IMG/VR virus record: IMGVR_UViG_3300001533_002283
Span: 1 to 64,000 of that record
DNA length: 64,000 nucleotides
Strand: one strand, 5' to 3'
DNA from: a virus
Shown here: positions 9,601 to 18,647 of the stretch, piece after piece
How positions within the stretch are numbered: the first letter of the stretch is position 1
Layout of the letters: every line of letters starts with the position of its first letter
Notes under the pieces: model-generated
Seen by the model: only the letters and a program-made list of their open reading frames with translations
Told to the model about the DNA's origin: nothing
Databases searched by the model: none
Made by a program: the position numbers and the translations under genes

Positions 9601-9776
9601 ATTTTTTTAAGCGCGAGCCCGTTTGGATTAGTATAACATATTTTTTGATAAAACGCAAGAGTTTTTTTAAAAAAATAAAAAAATGTTATAACGCAAAAAA
9701 TCCCCAACTGACATGTTTTTTATTACACGCCAGAAGGGGAAATATGTTATAAGATAAAATCTTTTAACTTAACATC

Positions 9777-9968
9777 TTACACTTTTGACTCTTTCAAAAA
9801 ACACCAGTAGCCGGTGAGGGGATAAAACTTTTTGATTTTCATCAAATCCGCTTTTGTGCGACCAACCAATATTTTTGAAGGGATAGTGAAATTCTGAAAA
9901 GTTTTTCCGCTTGGCAAAGTGAACCCGCCGCCGGATTTATGAGGGAGAATTTGTTTTGAGTTTTTCAT
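9777..9968 (-). CDS. Hypothetical protein
   Basis: ATAACACCT leader. Confidence 0.6.
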   Translation of the reverse strand: MKNSKQILPHKSGGGFTLPSGKTFQNFTIPSKILVGRTKADLMKIKKFYPLTGYWCFLKESKV

Positions 9969-10003
9969 AGGTGTTATATTTGATTTGTTTTTAAAACAAA
10001 AAC

Positions 10004-10192
10004 TTATTCGGGAAGAGTCATCAAACGAATTTCCCGCATGCGAATGTAAACTTCTTCCGCTTGGATTTTAGTATCGGTGTGAAATTTAGAGGAGTTAAGA
10101 TAAACCATAAAGAGGGAAATTTCCTGATTAATGTTCGCCAGTTGTTTTTCAAGCCGCGCGTTCTTTTCCTGAAGCTGTTGGATATAATTCAT
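10004..10192 (-). CDS. Hypothetical protein
   Basis: CAACCACA leader; coiled-coil-like. Confidence 0.65.
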   Translation of the reverse strand: MNYIQQLQEKNARLEKQLANINQEISLFMVYLNSSKFHTDTKIQAEEVYIRMREIRLMTLPE

Positions 10193-10360
10193 TTGAGTGA
10201 GTTTCTTTTTTTGTGGTTGTTTATTGATTACCCCATTACCTTAACACCTTGCCCAAACAAATCAATCTTTTTTATTTAAATATTTTCATTCCTCTTTCGA
10301 CCAAACAAAACTTTTTTAAAAAAACTCTTGTAATTTTTATCCAGCCTGCTACCTTTTAAC

Positions 10361-10430
10361 CATCGCAAAGGCTTATTCCTTTTGCTGAGTTGAGGGATAA
10401 AACCCAAGAGGTAGGGATTCGACCCTGCAA
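10361..10430 (+). ncRNA. Candidate small RNA, copy 2 of duplicated three-hairpin motif
   Basis: Promoter 10327-10355; same motif order and spacing as 9518-9600. Confidence 0.55.
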
Positions 10431-10712
10431 GTGTTTTGCCGCGCGCGGGAACATTTGGAAAAGGGTAGCACAAAATTTTATAAAAGTCAAGAGTTTTTTT
10501 TAAAAAAGTTTCTTTTCCCTATTTTATTGTTGCAAATCAAGATTTTATAACATATGGAGATAATTAACCATAATGGGCGAAATCGGGGTATTATATCAGA
10601 TTATAGGCCAAAATCAAGCTATTTTTCCCATTTTATTTTACCCTTTTATTTCAATTTTTATTCCCAAATCTGTATAACACCCTGTTCTTTTAACACTCCC
10701 GGCTCTTTCAAT

Positions 10713-10749
10713 CCTTAACATGACAGGCTATCATGCCTTAACATGACAG
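10713..10749. repeat. 14-bp direct repeat CCTTAACATGACAG x2
   Basis: Exact copies at 10713-10726 and 10736-10749. Confidence 0.8.
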
Positions 10750-10928
10750 TTCGAGAAAAAGAAAAGGTAGATTTAAAAAAACTGAATCAATTCACGAATC
10801 AATGCTGAACCCTGTTATTATTCAGGGTAGAAAAATAAGCGGAGGTAAAACTTCACCTATACCTTAAAACGGTTCTATTTTTAGAACGACGGTTTTAGGG
10901 AAAAATTGTTTCTATTTTTATAAAAAAC

Positions 10929-11423
10929 TTACATCTTCTCAATTTCCGCCGCAAAAGTGTTAATCATAGCGCGATTAATTAACCGATAAGGAAAATAACG
11001 GAGTTCAACCGCCGCTTGTTTGTAATTTTTTGCATTAATTGCGGTGATAAATCTACTCCGATTTTTTACCACATTTTCGCCTTCTAGCACTACAAGGGTG
11101 ACAAGAATTATTTTTAAATTATGAGAGTGAGAATCGAAATTTGTAAAGATTTTTTTAGCCTCACTTTCCGCTTTTTTCACTACACTAAATGTTATATTAT
11201 CAATTTGTGAAATTGCTAAATTTTGCCCAACTTTAAATTTGTCCCCCAAACCATGTTTATCTAAATTAATTCCCGCCCCAATGGTTTTATGACCCTCCCT
11301 ATTTAACACCACAGAAGTGGTCATTTTTTCATGTTTTTTCAACGAATTATAGTAATCCGTGAAGGTTGCAGAGTGAAGATTTGCAACGGAAGCTAGCACA
11401 AAAAGAAGTATTCGAAGTTTCAT
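10929..11423 (-). CDS. Divergent T4-lysozyme-like protein with signal peptide
   Basis: Aligns by eye with 5490-5987 (HEK..NREGHKTIGAGINL, F..AI.A.NYK.A..EL); middle triad residue is N. Confidence 0.75.
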   Translation of the reverse strand: MKLRILLFVLASVANLHSATFTDYYNSLKKHEKMTTSVVLNREGHKTIGAGINLDKHGLGDKFKVGQNLAISQIDNITFSVVKKAESEAKKIFTNFDSHSHNLKIILVTLVVLEGENVVKNRSRFITAINAKNYKQAAVELRYFPYRLINRAMINTFAAEIEKM

Positions 11424-12131
11424 TACACAATACTACCTTTTCATAGGAGAAATGCAAGATTTTTTAATGGAAAAATGGGGGAGTTTTTAGAGAGATTAGG
11501 ATGAAAGAAAAAAGAGTATGGCATATAGTATGGCAATTTTTTTCTTTGGAATAAATAAAGGTGATGGACCTACCAAATCAAACGTCCCCAAAATAATAAA
11601 CCTCATCTCATTCTTTCTTTTCTTCTGTTCTCTATATATGTCCCTACGTTTCTCATATGTTTTTACGTCTTTTAAAATAACGTGTTTTACCTCTGAAAAC
11701 AGGGGTAAAAATACCCTTGGTTTTAAAGGTGTTATTAAAAATTATTCAAACTCTACCTTTTATTATTTCTCCCACCTCACGCATAAAACCCTAGTCGTTA
11801 CTAACTTTATTAAATTCTCATAACAAAATTAGTCTCACCTATATTATACTTTCTTTTATTCAATTACTTGTTTTCTCACTCCTTCGCTTCATTCCATCCA
11901 CTTTTTCCCACCCTTGCGGGCGATTCTAAGCGGTTTTAAGCCCATTTAAATGGTTTTACCTAGGGCAGAGCGGGGGGGAACGTGGTTTTCGCTATCCGTA
12001 GCGAGTTGAGACTAATTCTCAATAACACCTCTTTATTTATTTGTTATATCCCAACCTTCATTTATCAAAACACGAAAAAGCCCCGCTGATAGTTAGTCAA
12101 ACGAGGCGGGGGAATTTATTAAAATTTACCC

Positions 12132-12428
12132 TTAAAGCATCTTAAAAACCTTTTTCAAGGCAGTTTCAAGGGTAACATCATTTGTGTCGTCTGGATAAAG
12201 CGGAAAATGCCAATCAAATTCTAAAACTCTCTTTCGGTCTTTAAATCGCGGGTGATTATCATCAAACCGCTTTTCATCACAAATATGATGCCAAATAGTC
12301 CACATATTAGAAGTTGAAACTTCGCCTTTTTTATCTTGAATTTCTTTTAAAACTTCGGGAAAACGTGCGTTAAGATAAACGCGAATATTTTCCACTATCA
12401 TTTTAATTGTTTCGGATTTTGCTTTCAT
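12132..12428 (-). CDS. Hypothetical protein
   Basis: Promoter 12462-12490; terminator ~12076-12110. Confidence 0.7.
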   Translation of the reverse strand: MKAKSETIKMIVENIRVYLNARFPEVLKEIQDKKGEVSTSNMWTIWHHICDEKRFDDNHPRFKDRKRVLEFDWHFPLYPDDTNDVTLETALKKVFKML

Positions 12429-12520
12429 GTTTTTGTGTGGTTAGTTGTTATCTACTCTTATAAGATAACAAAACCCAATAAGAACGCAAGGATTTTTATT
12501 GGGTTTTATCTTTTTTATTC

Positions 12521-12745
12521 TCAGTAATGGAAATCTTCCACCACGAAAATCTTTTTCATCTCAATCCCCTTTTGAGAAAAGAGATCGAAGATTTTGTTTC
12601 TCACTTCTACGTTATGCGAACTTTTGCAAGTCCAGAAGTTTTCCGCGTGATTTTTGTTGGCGAAAGACAAAAGGTGGTGTTTTTTGCCTTTAGAGTCTTC
12701 CATCCAGACTTGCCAATTGATGTCGAATTTGATTTTGTTTTCCAT
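12521..12745 (-). CDS. Hypothetical protein
   Basis: Tiles the minus-strand array. Confidence 0.6.
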   Translation of the reverse strand: MENKIKFDINWQVWMEDSKGKKHHLLSFANKNHAENFWTCKSSHNVEVRNKIFDLFSQKGIEMKKIFVVEDFHY

Positions 12746-12855
12746 TTTATAATAGAATGTAGAGCGGAATTGCTTTTACATTCTACTATGTAGGAGCCAA
12801 GAAGGATATTTTTTCATAAATTTAAAGTTTAAAACTCAAACGTTTTCTTCATTCT

Positions 12856-13116
12856 TTAACGAGATAGAGCATTTTGACTGCGATTATAATCACTTACTGT
12901 TTTTTGAGCCTCGTTCTGATTTACAGGATCGCGTCCAAGAATAGTTTTGGCGTTTTGGAACTGAACCTCAAACCAAAACATCGCCTCTTCAGCATTAACC
13001 ATCCACTCCTTTTGTTTTTCTGTGATTGGAAAGTCTGCGCTTTGACCCGCTTTGATAAAATTTATTTGACCCCGAATTATGTCAGCGTTTTCGTTTGTTT
13101 CTAATTTAATTTTCAT
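12856..13116 (-). CDS. Hypothetical protein
   Basis: Promoter 13139-13167; CAACCAC-ATG leader. Confidence 0.7.
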   Translation of the reverse strand: MKIKLETNENADIIRGQINFIKAGQSADFPITEKQKEWMVNAEEAMFWFEVQFQNAKTILGRDPVNQNEAQKTVSDYNRSQNALSR

Positions 13117-13191
13117 GTGGTTGATTGATTACTCTTATAAGATAACAGAGTGTGGCCAAAAATCAAGAATTTTTATCTAAATTTTAAATTG

Positions 13192-13455
13192 TTATTCTGC
13201 AACCTCAAACCATCCACCATGCCCATCTTGCCATTTTTTATCACCCCTCATCGGATAATCAACGTCTAAACAAATAGCCTCACGAATATCATTTTCGGCC
13301 AAAAGAGTTGGTTCGTCAAAAGTAATATCAAAATGAACTTGATCGTTGTTTCCATAATATGGGCGGCGGCCAGTAATAACACCGGAATAACTTTTGCCCA
13401 AAATGTGCTTACCGATAACTTTTTGGCCAACTTCAGGAAGAGTTTCGTGTTTCAT
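13192..13455 (-). CDS. Hypothetical protein
   Basis: Promoter directly upstream. Confidence 0.65.
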   Translation of the reverse strand: MKHETLPEVGQKVIGKHILGKSYSGVITGRRPYYGNNDQVHFDITFDEPTLLAENDIREAICLDVDYPMRGDKKWQDGHGGWFEVAE

Positions 13456-13486
13456 GACCTAGACAATGACAGAAGGAGCGCGAAGA

Positions 13487-13702
13487 TCAAGGATTTTTAA
13501 TGGAAAATAATGGTTCTGCGCGAAAAAATTCCGTTTGAATAACAGAAGAAGAGTCAAAACATTTGTTATATGCTTCAAATTCGTCCTTGTCTTTGGTATC
13601 ATTTGCTGTTTCAAGAATGAAAGATTCGCCGGTTTTTAAATTCATTAAGCGAATATTTGCCATGATGTTTCCGCGCCGACCTATAAAAATAGGATTATTC
13701 AT
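13487..13702 (-). CDS. Hypothetical protein
   Basis: ATGA overlap with upstream gene. Confidence 0.6.
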   Translation of the reverse strand: MNNPIFIGRRGNIMANIRLMNLKTGESFILETANDTKDKDEFEAYNKCFDSSSVIQTEFFRAEPLFSIKNP

Positions 13703-13905
13703 ATGAATAAAAACGCTTTAGGGTTGTAAAAATTATATCCCGCCGCGTCAATTGCTTGAATTTCTGTTTCTTTTATCGCAAGCGGCACGTTTCGCCCTTC
13801 ACAAATCCCCATTCGGATTTTATACCCGCGCCGCTCCAAAGACCGACACATTTGTTTTTGAATATCAGTTTTATATTCAAGGGGAAGATTGGAATATTGA
13901 ATCAT
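13699..13905 (-). CDS. Hypothetical protein
   Basis: Tiles the array. Confidence 0.6.
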   Translation of the reverse strand: MIQYSNLPLEYKTDIQKQMCRSLERRGYKIRMGICEGRNVPLAIKETEIQAIDAAGYNFYNPKAFLFI

Positions 13906-13934
13906 TGAGTTTTATTTTAATAGTTTATAAAACT

Positions 13935-14243
13935 TTAAACTTTCCCATCTTCTATAACCCGTTTAACACTCCGCGCCAAACCAATTTCGGTTTTATCACC
14001 CCACAGAGTAGAATAAAAATTACGCCCCTCCCCATCGGTTTTAACCGGAGTGAGGTTTAACATCGTGACAATCGCCTGACCTTTTATAAAATCCTCTTTA
14101 TCTTCCTTCCCGATGTTATAACCAGATGCAAAATCCTTGCGAGAAATATCATCGGCTGTTGTTTCATCATATGGAAAAAGATAAGGTTTTTGTGCAAAAC
14201 CTAGGGCGTAACCTTGATCGAAGAGGGAAATGTTATTATTCAT
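13935..14243 (-). CDS. Hypothetical protein
   Basis: ATAACACCC leader. Confidence 0.7.
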   Translation of the reverse strand: MNNNISLFDQGYALGFAQKPYLFPYDETTADDISRKDFASGYNIGKEDKEDFIKGQAIVTMLNLTPVKTDGEGRNFYSTLWGDKTEIGLARSVKRVIEDGKV

Positions 14244-14264
14244 GGGTGTTATTCTTTATTAAAT

Positions 14265-14350
14265 TGGTGTGCGCGGCGGGAGTCGAACCCGCACGCTTTT
14301 AAAAGCAATCGGGTTTAAGTCGATTATGGCTGCCATTACATCACGCGCAC
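14265..14350 (-). tRNA. tRNA-Leu (anticodon TAA)
   Basis: GTGCGCG/CGCGCAC acceptor, TGG D-loop, CT-TAA-AC loop, long variable arm, GGGTTCGACTCCC T-arm, encoded CCA. Confidence 0.93.
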
Positions 14351-14373
14351 GAAAGTTTTTAGTTTTACCTTAT

Positions 14374-14553
14374 TTATTTAATAATCTCAAAGCGAACAAA
14401 ACCAATATCAACATTGTTCTCATTCGCTATTTCAACAGAGAGCTTTGCGGCCTCTTCTATACCGCAAGAGTCTTCAGGAATATCAATTGCGCAGCGCGCA
14501 TGATGAATAATTCCATTGATAAATACATTGACGAATATGCGTTTGTTTTTCAT
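14374..14553 (-). CDS. Hypothetical protein
   Basis: Start 14553 follows promoter 14577-14605 (track start 14604). Confidence 0.6.
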   Translation of the reverse strand: MKNKRIFVNVFINGIIHHARCAIDIPEDSCGIEEAAKLSVEIANENNVDIGFVRFEIIK

Positions 14554-14618
14554 TTGATTGATTGGTTGACTCTTATAAGATAGCAGAAAGGGGAGATAAT
14601 TCAAGCGTTTTTATTCAA

Positions 14619-15920
14619 TTATGAGTGAATATCAAAGTCAAATTTGCTACCAAACGGGGGGCGAAAATCATTATACGCAACGGTAATTCCCCAAAAAACG
14701 GGATAATCAGGAATAATATTACCAAAATTCCAGCAATAGCCATCGCTAATGACAACACATGCATCACACTTTAAATCGTTCTCATTGATATATTTAAAAA
14801 TAGGTGCATAATCAGTTCCCCCACCCCCTTTTGGATTTGGTTTAACATCCGAACCGCCTTCAAAAACCTCCATACCTTGAACCGTATGATCGAAATAAAT
14901 TACAGTAAGAGTTGCTGAATCTTTATCCTCACTCATAATATCTAAGCAATGGCGAGTTTCTTCTACAATGGCGCGAACCTCTTCCAAGTTAACTGATCCG
15001 CTAGTATCAATCGCCACAATAATGTTTGCGGGTGCTTTGGAATAAAAATCAGGAAGAATGAAGCCATTTTGTAAAAAACGGCGGTCGGGGTTTTCAAAAG
15101 AATAGTCCTTTTGGGTAACTTCCGAAACGAATTGATTAATAATTTCCCGCCAGTTAAACTTTGGCTTATAGGAATTTTCTATCATTTCAATAATAGAATT
15201 TCCGGGAAGTTCGCCCGCCGCCTTTGCAATGGAAACCGCTTGTTTGGATTGAATTTTAGCCGTTTCTTCCGCGCTTTCTTCCGTAGCGGGCCGAACCTCG
15301 CCGAAAGTTACGGGTTTTTCTTCACCTTTTTCATCATCACTTTCAAAAGAATCAGAATTATTCTCTTCCCCATCCTGATTTTCCTGATTTTCAGAATCAG
15401 AACTTTCACCTTCGCCGGAATCACCAGCGCCATTTTCGGAATCAGAATTAGAATCTTGAGATTTTTCTTTCTTCTCATTTTTCTTATCCTGCTCATTCTG
15501 CTTTTTAACCTCCTCCATAAACAAAATACGGTAAACCTCTTCCGCATTCATTCCGTCAAAACGGGAATTAATAAGAACCCCTTTAGGAAGTTTAAATCCG
15601 CTCTTAATCAACTCTGCGTTTATGCAGTAATCGCAAGCCTCATTATAAATTCGGGCGTCACGTTTTCCCATTCGGCAATGATGAAGCAAAACAAGGTGCA
15701 TCACCTCATGAACCAAAACCCCTTTGCATTCATCAAAAGAAAGAGAATCGGCAAAGTTAGAATTATAAGCAAGGCGCTTACCATCAACATAAAAGGTTGG
15801 GTTTTTATCGCTATTATCTTCAATAATTTCTTGTTGAAGAAGAATAGAAGCATAAAAAGCGTGGTTCTGAATGATGTTGTTAACAGCATCGCGAACTTTT
15901 TTGTGAGGGATTGTCTTCAT
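14619..15920 (-). CDS. Metallopeptidase (DUF2201-like) + vWA domain protein
   Basis: HEVMH zincin motif, acidic linker, DTSGS MIDAS, GGGGT, SDG. Confidence 0.85.
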   Translation of the reverse strand: MKTIPHKKVRDAVNNIIQNHAFYASILLQQEIIEDNSDKNPTFYVDGKRLAYNSNFADSLSFDECKGVLVHEVMHLVLLHHCRMGKRDARIYNEACDYCINAELIKSGFKLPKGVLINSRFDGMNAEEVYRILFMEEVKKQNEQDKKNEKKEKSQDSNSDSENGAGDSGEGESSDSENQENQDGEENNSDSFESDDEKGEEKPVTFGEVRPATEESAEETAKIQSKQAVSIAKAAGELPGNSIIEMIENSYKPKFNWREIINQFVSEVTQKDYSFENPDRRFLQNGFILPDFYSKAPANIIVAIDTSGSVNLEEVRAIVEETRHCLDIMSEDKDSATLTVIYFDHTVQGMEVFEGGSDVKPNPKGGGGTDYAPIFKYINENDLKCDACVVISDGYCWNFGNIIPDYPVFWGITVAYNDFRPPFGSKFDFDIHS

Positions 15921-16021
15921 CTAGGTATAATCTAGCAGGTTGGGCGCGGAAAACAAGAAAAAACACAAAAAGGGCTAAGATTTTTAGTCTTAACCCTGTT
16001 GAGTTTAAATAACTTAACTTT

Positions 16022-17029
16022 TTAAACCACCACGTCTTGATTTTCAACGTGCCAGTTAATGTAAACAGAAGTCTCCCTCATCTTGGGATTCTTTGTCACA
16101 ATCATTTTAACAGAAAAGGCTTCATATTCCTTGGGGAGCCGCTTGAGATAAATCAAAACCGAGTTGAAAGTTTTTTCGTCCTTGGATTTATTAGAAAGAG
16201 CGGTCAAAACAAAATAAAGAACATCGGGCTTTGCGGGAATTTGAGCTGTGGACGGATTTGCAATAATTTCAGCGGGGAGATTTGCAATTGACTTACAGAT
16301 TTTGTAATAAGCCATGAATTCCGTTGCAAAAATTTCCCCTACGGAGCCAGACCAAACCTCATGATTAACAATTCCAAGATTAATCCACTTACCAAGATTT
16401 GCAATCGTGCGCGGGCAAGCAAAATTTTGAATAGATTTGTTTTTTGGATCAAAAGTTGAAAGCATAGAGGGTTTGGCGCGAATATATGCAATCAATTCGT
16501 TTGGCATATTATTCTTTATTGCCCAATCAATCCAAGAATCTCCATCAACTTCTATTTGAAAAATTCCGGCAAAACGCGAAAGAAGCGGGGTGATTAATCC
16601 AGAAACACCCGCGTTATCAGTTTTATCATTTGTGGCAGCAATAAAACGAACCTTTGGAGAAATTTTCTTTCCATTGATCTCGCGAGCCAAAATAATTTGC
16701 ATCACGCTCGCCTGAACACTTTGAGGAGCTTGCCCTAAATCATCAAAGAGAACAACTAAATCATTTTGAGTCTCAATCATTTTTTGTAAATCTCCGTAAG
16801 GAATAAAATCGGCGGTCAATTTATCATTAACCATACCGGAAACGGGCAAACCTTTAAAGTCGATAGGGTTTGAAACAATAGGATGTTGAATCATAATTTC
16901 CATCCCCATGTTTTTAACAATGTCGCAAATAACATCGGATTTTCCTACGCCGGGCGCACCTTTCAAAAGAATGTTTAAATTATTTTGAATTGCGATAGGC
17001 AAAACATTATAGAGTTCGGTGATTTTCAT
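16022..17029 (-). CDS. MoxR-like AAA+ ATPase
   Basis: Walker A GAPGVGKS, Walker B LFDDL, AATN, SRF, CPRT. Confidence 0.85.
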   Translation of the reverse strand: MKITELYNVLPIAIQNNLNILLKGAPGVGKSDVICDIVKNMGMEIMIQHPIVSNPIDFKGLPVSGMVNDKLTADFIPYGDLQKMIETQNDLVVLFDDLGQAPQSVQASVMQIILAREINGKKISPKVRFIAATNDKTDNAGVSGLITPLLSRFAGIFQIEVDGDSWIDWAIKNNMPNELIAYIRAKPSMLSTFDPKNKSIQNFACPRTIANLGKWINLGIVNHEVWSGSVGEIFATEFMAYYKICKSIANLPAEIIANPSTAQIPAKPDVLYFVLTALSNKSKDEKTFNSVLIYLKRLPKEYEAFSVKMIVTKNPKMRETSVYINWHVENQDVVV

Positions 17030-17114
17030 GTGTTGTGGTTGGGTTGAGGACTATAGAGTGCCAGAAACGCAGCAAGAATCAAGCTATTTTTTTCAAAAAA
17101 GTGATTTAAAAATT

Positions 17115-17198
17115 AAAAACGGGGTTCTCAATTAAGAAAACCCCGTTTTACTTTGTCAACCACAACAAACCCAAGTGATTGTCAATAAACCACTTGGG
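17115..17198 (-). terminator. 3'-end element: hairpin + UGUGGUUG-loop hairpin + intrinsic terminator (copy 1)
   Basis: CCCAAGTG/CACTTGGG; TTTGT/ACAAA; AAAACGGGG/CCCCGTTTT. Confidence 0.75.
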
Positions 17199-17204
17199 AA
17201 AATG

Positions 17205-18110
17205 TTAGAAAGAGAAGTCTGCCATAGTATCGGAAATTTCTTTGATAGATTCTTTCGTTTTTTCCATCGCAACGTTGCGCGCTCTTCCGCTATTACGAAT
17301 ATTTTCCGCATCAAGTCCGCAAATGTTGTTCTCGATTACGGAAATAACTTCGGAAAGTTTTTCGTTATCATTGATATTCAATTGCTTTGCTTCCTGCAAA
17401 GTTTCGCAAAGATTGGTGATATTAGAAGTGTGAAACTTAGAATCACTATCCGAAAGACGAGAAGAAAGATGAACCAGTTTTTCATTTATGCGATGCAAAA
17501 CATCCATTTCCGCACCCTTGATTGCATCCTCAATTCTTTCTTGAATAGAATTGTTAATTTCCGCAATTTCTTCATTTGAAAGATTGTTTGTGCGAAAATC
17601 AGAATTTTCTACGGGTTTAACATTAACCCGCGCATAAAAAGAAGAGCGAAAAGCAGAAATAGAGGGATAATCGGCGCGAGAAAACATTGAACCGAGAGAC
17701 TTTCTTTCAAATTCAAAGTCACCATCAATAATTTCCTGATATTCCGCACAAGCCAAATCCACCAATTCGTAAAACTTACGAACGTTGTCTTCCAACTCGG
17801 ATTTAATTTTAGCATAGTTTGCAATTTTAACAATGCGAAAACCATCCGAACCCCAAGGGGCGGTCTTTTGATAAAAATCTAGCCGCATTTTTTGAGAAAA
17901 AGAGAGAACGGCAGCGGTTGCTTTGTTTTTCAACAAACTTTTATTAACACGGATGTAATCTACACTTCCGCCAACATCAGCGGCGGTTTCAGAAGATTGT
18001 TTCTTATCCTTTTTGTTAACAGAGAAAGTTCCAATGTTAATTCCAACAAGGATTGCTTTTTCAGCAAGATTCTTAACTTTAATAACAGACTTAATCGTGT
18101 CGGCGTTCAT
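17205..18110 (-). CDS. DUF3150-like protein (partner of AAA/vWA module)
   Basis: KKDK, T.PW...G.RI, LG.MF...DYP motifs and position upstream of the AAA/vWA genes. Confidence 0.65.
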   Translation of the reverse strand: MNADTIKSVIKVKNLAEKAILVGINIGTFSVNKKDKKQSSETAADVGGSVDYIRVNKSLLKNKATAAVLSFSQKMRLDFYQKTAPWGSDGFRIVKIANYAKIKSELEDNVRKFYELVDLACAEYQEIIDGDFEFERKSLGSMFSRADYPSISAFRSSFYARVNVKPVENSDFRTNNLSNEEIAEINNSIQERIEDAIKGAEMDVLHRINEKLVHLSSRLSDSDSKFHTSNITNLCETLQEAKQLNINDNEKLSEVISVIENNICGLDAENIRNSGRARNVAMEKTKESIKEISDTMADFSF

Positions 18111-18264
18111 TTTTGTGTTTTGTTTGTGGTTGAGTTAGCTCTTTTTGAGCATGTTTAAAATATAGCATAGAGACGGGCGAACGCAAGCGTTTTATTCAAA
18201 TATTTAAAAGATTTTTTATCCAAACGGTTTAACTTAATACAAATCACTATCACTTTTAAAATTA

Positions 18265-18338
18265 AAGGCGGGGCTCTCACTTAAGAAAACCCCGCCTAGT
18301 TTTGCCAACCACAGCAAACTCGGAATCTTAATCCCGAG
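18265..18338 (-). terminator. 3'-end element: hairpin + UGUGGUUG-loop hairpin + intrinsic terminator (copy 2)
   Basis: CTCGG/CCGAG; TTTGC/GCAAA; AGGCGGGG/CCCCGCCT. Confidence 0.75.
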
Positions 18339-18347
18339 AAATTAGTT

Positions 18348-18647
18348 TTATGTTTTTTTTACCAGAAGTTTCCCGCCTTCCAAAATATAAAATGGGGAGA
18401 AAATCTCTGTCCTGATATCGGGCTGGCTTACAATTATTTTATGAATCTCTTCAAAATAAGGCGTAAAACCCCGTGCAATAACTTTCCCCGCCTTCGCCTC
18501 TAAATATTCCGCGCAATCCTCTGAGTTGGAAAAGGTGGCGCGAGTATTAACCCGTAAACTTTGCAGACTTATTTCCTGAATCAATAAAGAATAACCTATT
18601 GAGGAATTGTAACTTAGGGAAATGTAATTTGCATTAACTTTTTTCAT
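18348..18647 (-). CDS. Hypothetical protein
   Basis: ATGA overlap; tiles the array. Confidence 0.6.
   Translation of the reverse strand: MKKVNANYISLSYNSSIGYSLLIQEISLQSLRVNTRATFSNSEDCAEYLEAKAGKVIARGFTPYFEEIHKIIVSQPDIRTEIFSPFYILEGGKLLVKKT

Noticed and set aside
11518-11823. 101-aa plus-strand ORF
   Set aside because: Low-complexity F/K-rich translation without the leader motifs; not supported as a gene.
15111-15935. 274-aa plus-strand ORF, and many other plus-strand ORFs such as 3239-3718 and 60922-61434
   Set aside because: Antisense shadows of well-supported minus-strand genes, with no motifs.
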